Virus record (IMG/VR): IMGVR_UViG_3300017706_001340
Location: 23,770-87,769 of that record
Source of the DNA: a virus
Length of the DNA: 64,000 nucleotides
Strand: one strand, 5' to 3'
A model generated the notes under the pieces. It was not told the origin of the DNA, made no database searches, and worked only from the letters and a program-made list of their open reading frames with translations. Position numbers and translations under genes: made by a program. Below, one piece after another: positions 39,716-49,478 of this stretch (positions are counted from its first letter, which is position 1; every line of letters starts with the position of its first letter).

Positions 39716-40828
39716 ATGTTTGATGATATTAGAAGAGTTGGAGAAAAAGTCGATGATTTACTCGGTACAGATATATTCCCGTTTAATTATCCATTCAGTC
39801 ACACTGAAAACTTCTTACAACATATGGACAAGTGGGAGTTCGCAATACCAAACAAGTTTTTATGGTTGATTAACATAGAAGAGGCTGTACATCCCAACAG
39901 GATGACAAGTAAAAACTTCTCATCACTACACCCGATACCCAAATTTATACGCTCTTCTAACATGCACGCTTTGGAACCAGGTGATAATGGTCAACATTCA
40001 GGATCCATCAATGCACCCGGTTCACAAACAAAAGGATGGGACATAGATCAGGCTAGAGTTGAGATAACTCAGGATACATACATGAAGACCGGTGGTGGTA
40101 AGCATGGATGCTTGCTTGCTCAAGGTGTAGTCTTACCAGGTGAAAACTACGAAATACGAGATGTACCCATTCAAAACAACATGGGGTTTCTTCCTGGTAA
40201 AGTGGGAGGAAATCGTTCCGGCATGCAACCACTCGTTATACAATGGAGAGAAACTAATAGAAGCTTTACAGATATGGTGATTCGACCATGGCTTATACTC
40301 GCCTCGCACCTAGGACTTGTTGCTAGACATTCATCTGACAATAGAAACATTAAAGCTAACATCAGTATCGTGCAGCTCGCCAAAACATATCAATACACAC
40401 CACTAGTTGAAAGAAAAATCTGGAGATTTTACAATTGTGTACCAGCGAGTATAAACTCCAATGAGCTAACATATCAAGATGGTAACAATTTTGATATATA
40501 CACAACTCATTGGCACTACACACACTATACAATAGAGAGTCTACCTGACCAAAACATGAATGATTACCTAAACAAACAAGGATTCAAGAGATTTGTCATG
40601 GGTATGGCTGATAAATTGTTGAGTAAGAGTAGAGCTTACCGTAAGTTGAAGGGTAAAATAGCAAAAGTGGAAGAATTTGTGGATAAAGCAGCAAACATCA
40701 AAAAGAAAATAAACAAGGTTGTTGGTTTTCTCGGTGGCAATAAAGGACCCAGACCACAACAGGGTCCACGTGGTAGATTGTCTGGTAGAGGTGGATCCGC
40801 TCGATTTACATCTGATGATATAGAGTAA
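39716..40828 (+). CDS. Tube-fold baseplate/tail tube initiator (gp54-like)
   Basis: V.LPGE, F...IRPW, FYNCVP, W.Y; TTAAATA upstream. Confidence 0.6.
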   Translation: MFDDIRRVGEKVDDLLGTDIFPFNYPFSHTENFLQHMDKWEFAIPNKFLWLINIEEAVHPNRMTSKNFSSLHPIPKFIRSSNMHALEPGDNGQHSGSINAPGSQTKGWDIDQARVEITQDTYMKTGGGKHGCLLAQGVVLPGENYEIRDVPIQNNMGFLPGKVGGNRSGMQPLVIQWRETNRSFTDMVIRPWLILASHLGLVARHSSDNRNIKANISIVQLAKTYQYTPLVERKIWRFYNCVPASINSNELTYQDGNNFDIYTTHWHYTHYTIESLPDQNMNDYLNKQGFKRFVMGMADKLLSKSRAYRKLKGKIAKVEEFVDKAANIKKKINKVVGFLGGNKGPRPQQGPRGRLSGRGGSARFTSDDIE

Positions 40829-40832
40829 TATA

Positions 40833-41741
40833 ATGTCGGATTTTACGTATAAAACATATCTACCCACAAAAAAGGTATATCTGAGCTTCCGGTTGCTATC
40901 TGGTCGAGAATATTTAATCATAGGTAAATATCTACAGAACAACGATACATCCTCCTTGATCAAGGAGTTTACACAATTAATTAATGGATGTTGCTTGAGT
41001 GATATATGTGTAAATGAACTATCAACAGTGGATATTTTTTGTATCCTGTTGAACATGCGAATCATGAGTGTGTCCCAAACATTCGACTTCGAAGGCACTA
41101 TACGCAAAGGAAGGGAAGTAATGAAAGGTACTCAAAAGTTAGATTTATACGATATATTAGACAAAGTGACAAATCATAATTCAGAATGTATTCGAAGTGT
41201 GCAGTTTGACGATAAGTATACTATAAAGCTGGGTGTACCTCGTGGGTTTCAAGTTGAAAATGTAGATAGTTTAGTTGTTGATGTTATCGAGAGTATCAAC
41301 GTATTGGGCAATGAGCACAGCATGCAGGGACTCACCAGTGATGAGAAGAGTATAATATTAGATGAACTATCTGGTGATGTGTTATCTGAGATTGTCAGAT
41401 ACATACGTGATCTAGATCAAGAGTATAGAATAAAAGTATTTGAGGGTGTAGTTGATGATGAGCTCAGTAGAATAGAGTTAAAATTATTTGACAACAGTCT
41501 ATTCGAATTTATCAAAGCTATGTTTAACTGCAATTTGCAGGAGCAGTATTACATCAGATATATAATGGTCAAAAGACTTAATTTTAACCTACAGGACGTC
41601 GAGGATATCACGCCAATCGACACACAGAACTACATCAATTTATACAAGGAAGAACTAGAGGAGGAACGCAAGGCTAATGAGAAGCAATCCAGTGAGCAAA
41701 AGCCTGGGATGTCGCTACCCAACCCAGGATTTGAGCAGTAG
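40833..41741 (+). CDS. Hub assembly chaperone, gp26-like with gp51-like C-terminus
   Basis: FR.L...EY, LSTVDIFCILLNMRIMSV; C-terminal YY..Y.MVK..NF....VE.ITP. Confidence 0.65.
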   Translation: MSDFTYKTYLPTKKVYLSFRLLSGREYLIIGKYLQNNDTSSLIKEFTQLINGCCLSDICVNELSTVDIFCILLNMRIMSVSQTFDFEGTIRKGREVMKGTQKLDLYDILDKVTNHNSECIRSVQFDDKYTIKLGVPRGFQVENVDSLVVDVIESINVLGNEHSMQGLTSDEKSIILDELSGDVLSEIVRYIRDLDQEYRIKVFEGVVDDELSRIELKLFDNSLFEFIKAMFNCNLQEQYYIRYIMVKRLNFNLQDVEDITPIDTQNYINLYKEELEEERKANEKQSSEQKPGMSLPNPGFEQ

Positions 41742-41775
41742 TTGATACAGATACCAACTTAAATAAATATAATAT

Positions 41776-42582
41776 ATGAGCGAAGAACAGCAACCGGTGG
41801 AAGCGAGTAAACCTAATGTTAATGATATATTAGCTAGCTTGAGTGAGTTAAACAAAAAGCAGATAATAAAAATATATGTACCAAGCATGCAGGAAGACAT
41901 ATCGTTTAGACCATTGACAGTAAAGCAGCAGAAAAATCTACTATCCAGTGGTGTTGATGTTGAGATAGAAAATCTAACATTCAGTAACACTATAAATAGT
42001 ATAATCACTGAAAATTGTCTGTCAAACAAAGATCAGATAAGACTAACAGACAGATCCATGATAGTTTATCAATTGAGATGCAATTCTGTTGGTGAGACGT
42101 TAAGTTTTATAGATGATGACGTTACATACACAGTAAATTTACGTGAACATATTGATAACATCAAGCAAAACGATCTGAATCCACCCACAAAATTCAAAGT
42201 GAGTGTGGAAGATCTTGTAGTAGAGGGTGAAGTACCTGGTTTGGATAGAGACACTAAATATAATAAGCAATTCACGAAAACGATGAAAGGTAATAAAACA
42301 GTTGATGGTATAAAATTGACTGACATTGTAGGTGACATATACATACATGAGATGATGAAGTATGTCACAACCATACAGGCACAGGATCAAATTTTGAATC
42401 TAGATGATGTCAAGATTTCACAAGCTATATCCATATTTGAAAGTTTGCCTATGACTGTTAGTAGTCAGGTTGCTAAGGAAATAAAAAATTGCCGGGAACT
42501 GGAACTAATGGCCATGTCCGCTGATCAACTACCAGAGGATGTACAGCTACCGTTTGATGCAAGTATGTTTACTGGTGAATAG
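41776..42582 (+). CDS. gp26: Baseplate hub assembly protein gp26-like
   Basis: VPS....SFRPLTVKQQK.LL, D......LR..SVGE. Confidence 0.7.
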   Translation: MSEEQQPVEASKPNVNDILASLSELNKKQIIKIYVPSMQEDISFRPLTVKQQKNLLSSGVDVEIENLTFSNTINSIITENCLSNKDQIRLTDRSMIVYQLRCNSVGETLSFIDDDVTYTVNLREHIDNIKQNDLNPPTKFKVSVEDLVVEGEVPGLDRDTKYNKQFTKTMKGNKTVDGIKLTDIVGDIYIHEMMKYVTTIQAQDQILNLDDVKISQAISIFESLPMTVSSQVAKEIKNCRELELMAMSADQLPEDVQLPFDASMFTGE

Positions 42583-42611
42583 ATGATTAGAGTCATAAAT
42601 AATTATGACTC

Positions 42612-45600
42612 ATGGAAGAAAACATAACAGAGCTCGTAACCACATTAACATCACTCGTAGAGAAGTTAGACGACAAGTCAACGAAGCAGGGAGTTAGTGA
42701 TGCACGTAACTCATATAATCCTGATGATGCGTTTGACAGTGAAGAGAAGCATTTAAAAGATCAACAAAAACAACAAGCGAAGTTAAATGCCGAGGAATCT
42801 GAAAAACTCGACAAAAAGAGGAAGAATCCAAGAAAAATTTTACAGACCGTGATGCCTATCAAGGTGATGGAGTTTGATAAGAGAGCAATCAAGCAATTGC
42901 AGTCAATCATGATCTCACCTGTACAGATAGAGGAAGAGCAAGATAAGAAGCCCAATAAATCCAGCTGGTGGCCGGCATTATTGGCGGGTGTAGTGGTTGT
43001 GTGGGACAAGCTCAAAGATGCTTGGCTTGTAATACGTACAACAGTTGGTGATTGGGCAACTGCCATGAGTAAATGGTGGAAAAAATTCAAGAAAACTATG
43101 AACATCAGATGGTCACGCTTAAAAGGATGGTTTAATAAGTTTAAGGTGGGTGATTTGATACCACAATCGATCAAAAAATGGTGGATACAATTCCGCAAGG
43201 GTGTGTCCACGAAGTGGTTGGGAGTTAAGAGCTGGTTTAATAAATTTAAAGTCAGTAGTCTAATTCCGGAATCGGTCAAAAAGTGGTGGAAGAACATGAA
43301 CAAATCGATGGTGAAGAGATGGTCCGGTATCAAGACATGGTTCACAAATTTCAGTCCCAAGAAATTGATACCTCAATCGATACGTGGTTGGTGGAGCAAG
43401 CTGAACTTCAGCAAGAAGTGGACCGGTATCAAGACATGGTTCACAAATTTCAGTCCCAAAAAATTGATACCAAGTGGAATACGCAATTGGTGGAAAGGTT
43501 TCGATATGGGTAAAAAATGGCTCAGCTTTAAAACATTTTTTGTTGATCTCCCAGGGAAAGTTAAAGCATTGATACCACAGTCTATAAGGACAGCATTGAG
43601 CACTGTAGTTAAGACGATGAAAGCAGCTTTGCTCCCAATTACAGCATTCTTCACCGGTCTAAGTGGACTGTTTGGTGGTGGTAAGGGAGCAAATAGTACG
43701 AGCATATTCACTAAAATCGCGAAGTTTTTCGGTCCCACTAATCCTGTAATCAAAGGTATCTTCACATTCTTAAAAACTGCCGGATCGGTACTAGGTAAGC
43801 TGTTTTTACCAATAACTATAATAATGGAAGCTTTTAACTTTGTGACTGGCTTCATGGAGGGTTTCAAGAAGGATGGTATAATAGGAGGAATAAGAGAAGG
43901 TGTAAAGTCGGTATTCAACAGTCTGGTCGCATTTCCATTAGATCTACTCAAGAGTGGTGTTTCATGGATAGCAGGTAAATTAGGATTTAAGGAAGTTGAG
44001 AAAACGTTAGATGAATTCTCATTCAAAGAGTTGTTCACTGACTTGTTCGACAAGTTGTTTGGTGTGATTGATATGTCTATTGGCTTTATAAAGAATCTAA
44101 TAAACGATGGAGCTGAGAGAGTGAAAGATATGTTTAGGTCTGAAGAAGAGATCAAAGCCAGAAAGGCTGCCGGTGCTCGAGCCAAAAATAAAGAAGCAGC
44201 CATGAAAGAAACTTTCCAGCGATCTGTAAGTTCAGATGGCATGAACAAGATATTAGCAGCCAAAAAGACGAGTGATGAGAATGAGGCTGAGATAATAGAG
44301 TCACAAACAGCTCGATGGAGAGATGCTATGGCTTCCGCAGCTAGACAGACCAAAGATGAGAAAGAATTCCGGGAATTGGTTATAAAACAACTTGAAAATG
44401 ACAAGAAGGGTAGTTCCAGGACGTTTCTCGCCATGCAACAAAAAGCGGTGGGTAGTGATTGGGAGAAAAATGCTCTTAAGAACTTTAAGAAGGTCCGAGG
44501 TCAGAATGTTGTTGATACGAATGCCATGGGTGATTTGGCACAAACATTGGCAAATCAGCGTGCACAAACACGCAGATTCAATGATACTGTCAAGGTGGTT
44601 ACTGATGATTGGAAAAAATCTGGTAGTTTAAAACTCGGTGACATGAAGATTGATCTCACGGCTCTTAAGAATGATAAGAGTAAAATTGATCCTAAGATTG
44701 TTGAACATTACGAGTCCCTGATCCGCATGCGGGATGAAACGAATAACAATGAGCTCAAGATACAGTATGGCGCGATGATCAAGAGTCTTGACAATGTAGG
44801 TGTGAAAGAGGCTGTGGATCACATCAAAGCACAACAAGCAGAGACGGAAAAATTTAAAGCGGATCTAGAGGATTACGATCGCGCAATTAAACAGGGAGGT
44901 CCCCAACGTATATTGCAGACTCCAGAGAAACTCGACCTGATTTCAACTAATTACGAGATGCCCCAAGAAGAGAGGTTGAAGGAATGGAAATTAACAGCTG
45001 GTCCTCAACCGACAAAACCTACCAGATCATTAGAAGAAACCAAAGCGTATCTCAACGCCATATCAAGTGTGAATGTTGATCAATTAAAGGTGAATGAACA
45101 AGTCAAGGCCGCCGAAGCAGCCGCTATCAAGCAGACTAAACTTGTATCACCAGTTGTACCACAACCATCAAAGCAGACATCAATAGATCCCGGGAGATTA
45201 TCTGAATTAGAGCTCACGTTGGAACAACCGTTACCAGAACTAAATACAAAGCAAGCATCTGATCATATCAAACAATCCGGCGACAAGATAAATCAAGGAG
45301 CACAGTCCTTGCATTTCGAAACATTAGAAGGATGGCCCAGACCTCAAAGTCCATACGCGTGGGATTATGTCAAGATGGCCGGTGAGTCTATAACAAGAGG
45401 TAGTAAACAATTACACGAACAGGCGATCCAATATGAAAAGGCAGCAAGTAACACCAACAAATCCGCACAGAAAAACAATCAGAATATCGAGAAGAAGATG
45501 AGTGAGATGGTTAATATAATGACGGAGACTGTTGGTATACAGAAGAAGACACTCAACGCACTAGAACAACATGGATTGATCGACAAACAAGGTAATACAA

Positions 45601-45704
45601 CTGTAAACAGTGGCGGAAACAACACTACAGTTAACAACGTCACGGTCGATTCAGACATAATGAAATTTAGAGACAAGGTTGTAGGGAGACTATACAACAA
45701 GTGA
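42612..45704 (+). CDS. Tape measure-like protein
   Basis: 1030 aa, helical, Trp/Phe-periodic repeats, hydrophobic LGKLFLPITII segment, NNTTVNN tail; follows chaperones. Confidence 0.75.
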   Translation: MEENITELVTTLTSLVEKLDDKSTKQGVSDARNSYNPDDAFDSEEKHLKDQQKQQAKLNAEESEKLDKKRKNPRKILQTVMPIKVMEFDKRAIKQLQSIMISPVQIEEEQDKKPNKSSWWPALLAGVVVVWDKLKDAWLVIRTTVGDWATAMSKWWKKFKKTMNIRWSRLKGWFNKFKVGDLIPQSIKKWWIQFRKGVSTKWLGVKSWFNKFKVSSLIPESVKKWWKNMNKSMVKRWSGIKTWFTNFSPKKLIPQSIRGWWSKLNFSKKWTGIKTWFTNFSPKKLIPSGIRNWWKGFDMGKKWLSFKTFFVDLPGKVKALIPQSIRTALSTVVKTMKAALLPITAFFTGLSGLFGGGKGANSTSIFTKIAKFFGPTNPVIKGIFTFLKTAGSVLGKLFLPITIIMEAFNFVTGFMEGFKKDGIIGGIREGVKSVFNSLVAFPLDLLKSGVSWIAGKLGFKEVEKTLDEFSFKELFTDLFDKLFGVIDMSIGFIKNLINDGAERVKDMFRSEEEIKARKAAGARAKNKEAAMKETFQRSVSSDGMNKILAAKKTSDENEAEIIESQTARWRDAMASAARQTKDEKEFRELVIKQLENDKKGSSRTFLAMQQKAVGSDWEKNALKNFKKVRGQNVVDTNAMGDLAQTLANQRAQTRRFNDTVKVVTDDWKKSGSLKLGDMKIDLTALKNDKSKIDPKIVEHYESLIRMRDETNNNELKIQYGAMIKSLDNVGVKEAVDHIKAQQAETEKFKADLEDYDRAIKQGGPQRILQTPEKLDLISTNYEMPQEERLKEWKLTAGPQPTKPTRSLEETKAYLNAISSVNVDQLKVNEQVKAAEAAAIKQTKLVSPVVPQPSKQTSIDPGRLSELELTLEQPLPELNTKQASDHIKQSGDKINQGAQSLHFETLEGWPRPQSPYAWDYVKMAGESITRGSKQLHEQAIQYEKAASNTNKSAQKNNQNIEKKMSEMVNIMTETVGIQKKTLNALEQHGLIDKQGNTTVNSGGNNTTVNNVTVDSDIMKFRDKVVGRLYNK
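43324..43471 (+). repeat. 49-bp direct repeat (1 mismatch) with 99-bp period in the Trp-rich repeat region
   Basis: 43324-43372 vs 43423-43471, encoding GIKTWFTNFSPKKLIP twice. Confidence 0.9.
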
Positions 45705-45715
45705 TAAATATTGAC

Positions 45716-46150
45716 ATGCTTACTAACGATACAACAGTAACATTGATGAATGGTAATGACCGGGTATCAACAAAACTTCCAGAGATATTAGAGATGATAT
45801 GCACTGATGATGAGCTGATAATCGAATCATATGAATCAAAAATAACTACAGCGACGATCTCCAGTATACGTACATCAGATAGTAAGGATTTCCTGTACTT
45901 AAAAACGTGTTGTGATAATACGTTAATGTTGACACCAGATCATAAAATATATCTACCAGAAACCAAAGAATGGATTCGAGCTGAAAACATGAGTAAAGGG
46001 TTGTGCGTGTTGATGTCTGATGGATCTACATCAGAGATACTATCGACACACATAGTAGCAGATAATACAGCCAGTAGAGTGTATTCTCTTGCTATAACAC
46101 CAACACAATGTTATTTTGCAAACAACATACTAGTACATAACGAGAGTTAA
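45716..46150 (+). CDS. Stand-alone Hint (intein-like) domain protein
   Basis: Block A-like MLTNDTTVTLMNG, block B LTPDH, WIRAENM, blocks F/G VYSL...YFANNILVHN; ATAAATA at 45704-45710. Confidence 0.85.
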   Translation: MLTNDTTVTLMNGNDRVSTKLPEILEMICTDDELIIESYESKITTATISSIRTSDSKDFLYLKTCCDNTLMLTPDHKIYLPETKEWIRAENMSKGLCVLMSDGSTSEILSTHIVADNTASRVYSLAITPTQCYFANNILVHNES

Positions 46151-46152
46151 TT

Positions 46153-47439
46153 ATGGATATAACGAACAGAAAATTTAAGGAGAATACCAACACTGGGCAG
46201 ATCGAAGAGTACGATGATTTGCAAATCGCAAAGGCAACTGAAACCACCAGTTTCTATTGGTCGATGTCATATCCCAGAAGAGCCACAATACAACCTCCAA
46301 AACCTAAAAAGGGTGAAAAGATAGCCGCCACCGGCGCATGGTTGAAGAGTGTGGGAGGATACGGGCCCGCACCTACATTGTTACCAATAAATCAGAAGGG
46401 TGAACCTAATGAAGTTAATAAAAACACACCGAAGCCATCAGTACCTGTGAATGTTAGAGACAGTCATCACTGGACCGAGTCGCCTATCTCGTCTCGTCGA
46501 GAGGTACCCATGTTGAACATAAAGGAAAATAAGATTTTAACAAACACATCATTGAATCAGATGCTCAACATGGGAATGGCAGCTGCGACATCAGCTGGAT
46601 CTGCAGTTGAGAATGTAGAAAAGGTGATGAAAATGGTGAAGGAGGGTAGTTATGATGAAGCGCTAAAAAATTTGGGAGTGAATTCTGATAATGTTTCTCA
46701 GCTAGCTGCAGAAACAACATATTATGACCCCATGAATCCGTACAACATGCTATACAGCACAATACCGACAGGTTTTAAGTATGTGTTCCCATACATGCAA
46801 GACAGCTATATAAACAATAACAGTAATTTTGGCAGTGTAGATTCAGGCTCTGTAGTCATGGATGCACTTAAGGATTACGCAGAAGGTGCCAATGAAGTGT
46901 TTGCCATGGCAAATCTCTCAAAACAATTAGCTCCTGGTAGGATGATAGAGACACCCAAGGGGTTCACATTTGATGGTCGTGAAAAATCATACACCGTTAC
47001 ATTTCCACTATTCAACACAAAATCATATAGCGAGATCGTTAGAAACTGGCAATTCATCTATTTACTGTCATATCAGAACACTCCAAACAGAGTATCACGT
47101 GATTTGATTGATCCTCCATGTATTTACGAAGCGTACATACCCGGTGTGTGGTACAGTAAGTATTCAGCACTCACCAACATGACTGTGGATTTCATAGGAG
47201 CTCGCAGAGAGATGTATATACCTGTAAAAATAATAGATCACGCAGACAGTGGTAAGAATCGAGCAACCGCGGAAGGTAATTGGGTTGAATCACAGAAAAA
47301 AACACTCGCAGTGATACCGGATGCATATAATATCACACTAACATTCACGGAGTTGTTTTCTGAGACACAGAACTTTAAATATCAGATGTTGAGGGAGTCG
47401 ATGAATGATATTATAACTACAGGAACAAAGGTTAATTGA
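46153..47439 (+). CDS. Baseplate tail-tube cap gp48-like
   Basis: F....KSYTVTFPL, PP...E..IPG, ALTNMTVDF, ITLTFTE. Confidence 0.7.
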   Translation: MDITNRKFKENTNTGQIEEYDDLQIAKATETTSFYWSMSYPRRATIQPPKPKKGEKIAATGAWLKSVGGYGPAPTLLPINQKGEPNEVNKNTPKPSVPVNVRDSHHWTESPISSRREVPMLNIKENKILTNTSLNQMLNMGMAAATSAGSAVENVEKVMKMVKEGSYDEALKNLGVNSDNVSQLAAETTYYDPMNPYNMLYSTIPTGFKYVFPYMQDSYINNNSNFGSVDSGSVVMDALKDYAEGANEVFAMANLSKQLAPGRMIETPKGFTFDGREKSYTVTFPLFNTKSYSEIVRNWQFIYLLSYQNTPNRVSRDLIDPPCIYEAYIPGVWYSKYSALTNMTVDFIGARREMYIPVKIIDHADSGKNRATAEGNWVESQKKTLAVIPDAYNITLTFTELFSETQNFKYQMLRESMNDIITTGTKVN

Positions 47440-47822
47440 TGAGCAGCGAAGCTATAAAATATAATAAGTATGAAGTTGAGATGTTGCTCAAATTGTCAAA
47501 GAGTCAGGAATTCAAGTTGGAGAGAATATTTGATGTGTATAAACAACGCGAATCAAAGCATTTTTATTACAACATCTTCAACACCATCAACTTCCCGGAC
47601 AATATGAACACAAGTATTTTTGATGTTTATTACACAAAAGCGGAAGAACCATGGACATTGATATCATATAAGCATTTTGGAAGGATTGATTTGTGGTGGT
47701 TGATCGCATGCTTGAATAAAGTGAAGAATACATTTATATTACCACAAGCCGGAACTAGACTGTTAATACCTACTGGAGAGACGATCAGAACAATTATAGA
47801 TGAAATAAAAGCTAAGATATGA
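47436..47822 (+). CDS. gp53: Baseplate wedge gp53-like (LysM-like)
   Basis: Y....E.W..ISYKHFG...LWWLIA.LN. Confidence 0.82.
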   Translation: MMSSEAIKYNKYEVEMLLKLSKSQEFKLERIFDVYKQRESKHFYYNIFNTINFPDNMNTSIFDVYYTKAEEPWTLISYKHFGRIDLWWLIACLNKVKNTFILPQAGTRLLIPTGETIRTIIDEIKAKI

Positions 47823-49477
47823 CAGCGATACATGATTTTTATGACGGTGTTATTAAGACACTGAATCTAGATGTGGGTAATGAGAAATCAATTGAACAGT
47901 TTGATGATAGGAGATTTCAGTTTGGTGTTTATCTGGTAAATCCGGATGGTAGAGCTATCAAAATACGTAAAGGTTTTATAGAGGAACTAATAATTGAGGA
48001 TGATATGCTTGAGTGGTTTCATAAAGGTCACATAGTTTTCAAAAACCCGGATGACGTGATAGAGAGAGTAACGAGTCAACTGGCTGGAGAAATACCTAGT
48101 GCTGATCGTGTACCAATAAGGTCATATCGTTTCCGTGGTGATGCGAGAGATATGTTATATATAAAAATGGAACCGCATTTATCTAGTGATTCAACAAGAC
48201 AACCAGAGGCGGAGCTAGAGAGTATGGTACACTCTATGAAGTTTTTGTTTAGTGTATATGCAATTGAGGATATAACACCGACAGCTAACAAGAAAGACAA
48301 ATTACAGAAATTATACTTTCATGATTATAGATTGCAGATGTTAAGAGAGAAGAATTTATACTACAGCACAGCTAAAACAATAAACAACAAGCTCGGTACC
48401 ACAGTTACACGGCAAACGCATGTCAATCATTTGAATGATAGAGATCGAAGCAAGGTAACAGGTGAGATTGTTCAAGACTTGTTAAGTTCGGCGCTATTAA
48501 CAGAGGACACTAAAGGTTTATTCTCATCACATTGGGAATTTGGTGATGAGATGATGTTTTACACGAGTCCATCAGAGAATAAAGCGATTGACGATTTAAA
48601 TTATGTACTTGACAGACATGTAAGTACACTAGAGCATGACAATCAACCATGTCTGCTTAAGCTCCAGAGATATACAGAGAGATGGGAGTTGTTACCTATA
48701 TCAAAATACTTCGATAGAGCGGTCAGTACAGATGGTGGTCCTGGTCCATATCAATCTGAGTACTTCACACTATCGTTTGATTCTGAATCGACTCCCAATG
48801 AAATACCACCATCATCAAAAACATTCGGAGGAGATCTAACTTCTCCTATGATAAACTACCATTTCGCAGATGTATCCATAATAGACAGCTACACGTTCAA
48901 TGAGATCAACGGTGTTGACTGTCAAGAGATATTGAACAGCGTTATAACTCATAGATATAGTGAAGACACTAAAACATTCAGTGTAGACGTTGAATCCGGT
49001 AACCTTGCGACCGTGTATTCAAAGTTTCAGAAGTTATTCATAGATAGTACATATGGTGGTGTTAATGGCCATGGCCATGTCGGGTGGTTACCGGATAATT
49101 CTAGAATTGAAAATTATAATATTAGCATAGCCACTAGTTGGACACCTGACAAAAATGCTAGCTTGAGTGTTGGAAGAAACAAAAAATTATTAGCAGCATT
49201 CTTACTAGGCAACTCGATACAATTCACCTCCAAGGGAAATACAGCTCGAAGATCTGGCGTGTGGATAGCTATCGACCGGTCTAATAATTATATTGACAAT
49301 GATTATGAGAGTAAATTATTGGGTCAATATTTTGTGACAAGGGTGACACACAGAATAACTGCTGCTGGTTATGAGAACACAATATTAGGTGTTAAACCCT
49401 ATCTATATGATATACCGGAGCAAAGATTTAACAATAATGATGTATTCATGAAGAATACAGAGTCAATACAAGTATAA
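47819..49477 (+). CDS. Baseplate hub protein (gp27/VgrG N-terminal-like)
   Basis: EELIIEDD...G.I; C-terminal GN..RRSG..I.I...GQYFVTRVTH. Confidence 0.65.
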   Translation: MTAIHDFYDGVIKTLNLDVGNEKSIEQFDDRRFQFGVYLVNPDGRAIKIRKGFIEELIIEDDMLEWFHKGHIVFKNPDDVIERVTSQLAGEIPSADRVPIRSYRFRGDARDMLYIKMEPHLSSDSTRQPEAELESMVHSMKFLFSVYAIEDITPTANKKDKLQKLYFHDYRLQMLREKNLYYSTAKTINNKLGTTVTRQTHVNHLNDRDRSKVTGEIVQDLLSSALLTEDTKGLFSSHWEFGDEMMFYTSPSENKAIDDLNYVLDRHVSTLEHDNQPCLLKLQRYTERWELLPISKYFDRAVSTDGGPGPYQSEYFTLSFDSESTPNEIPPSSKTFGGDLTSPMINYHFADVSIIDSYTFNEINGVDCQEILNSVITHRYSEDTKTFSVDVESGNLATVYSKFQKLFIDSTYGGVNGHGHVGWLPDNSRIENYNISIATSWTPDKNASLSVGRNKKLLAAFLLGNSIQFTSKGNTARRSGVWIAIDRSNNYIDNDYESKLLGQYFVTRVTHRITAAGYENTILGVKPYLYDIPEQRFNNNDVFMKNTESIQV

Positions 49478-49478
49478 C

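Noticed and set aside
43324-43471. Direct repeat pair as a DGR template/variable repeat or attachment site
   Set aside because: Single mismatch, both copies inside one protein repeat, and no reverse transcriptase or integrase in the window.
43373-44434. 353-aa antisense ORF inside the tape measure gene
   Set aside because: Shadow of the coding strand; no promoter, no motif, Ser/Leu/Phe-rich composition typical of antisense frames.
45660-45720. Programmed frameshift fusing the tape measure to the Hint domain
   Set aside because: Shared open overlap is short, no slippery heptamer is visible, and the Hint gene has its own late promoter and ATG.
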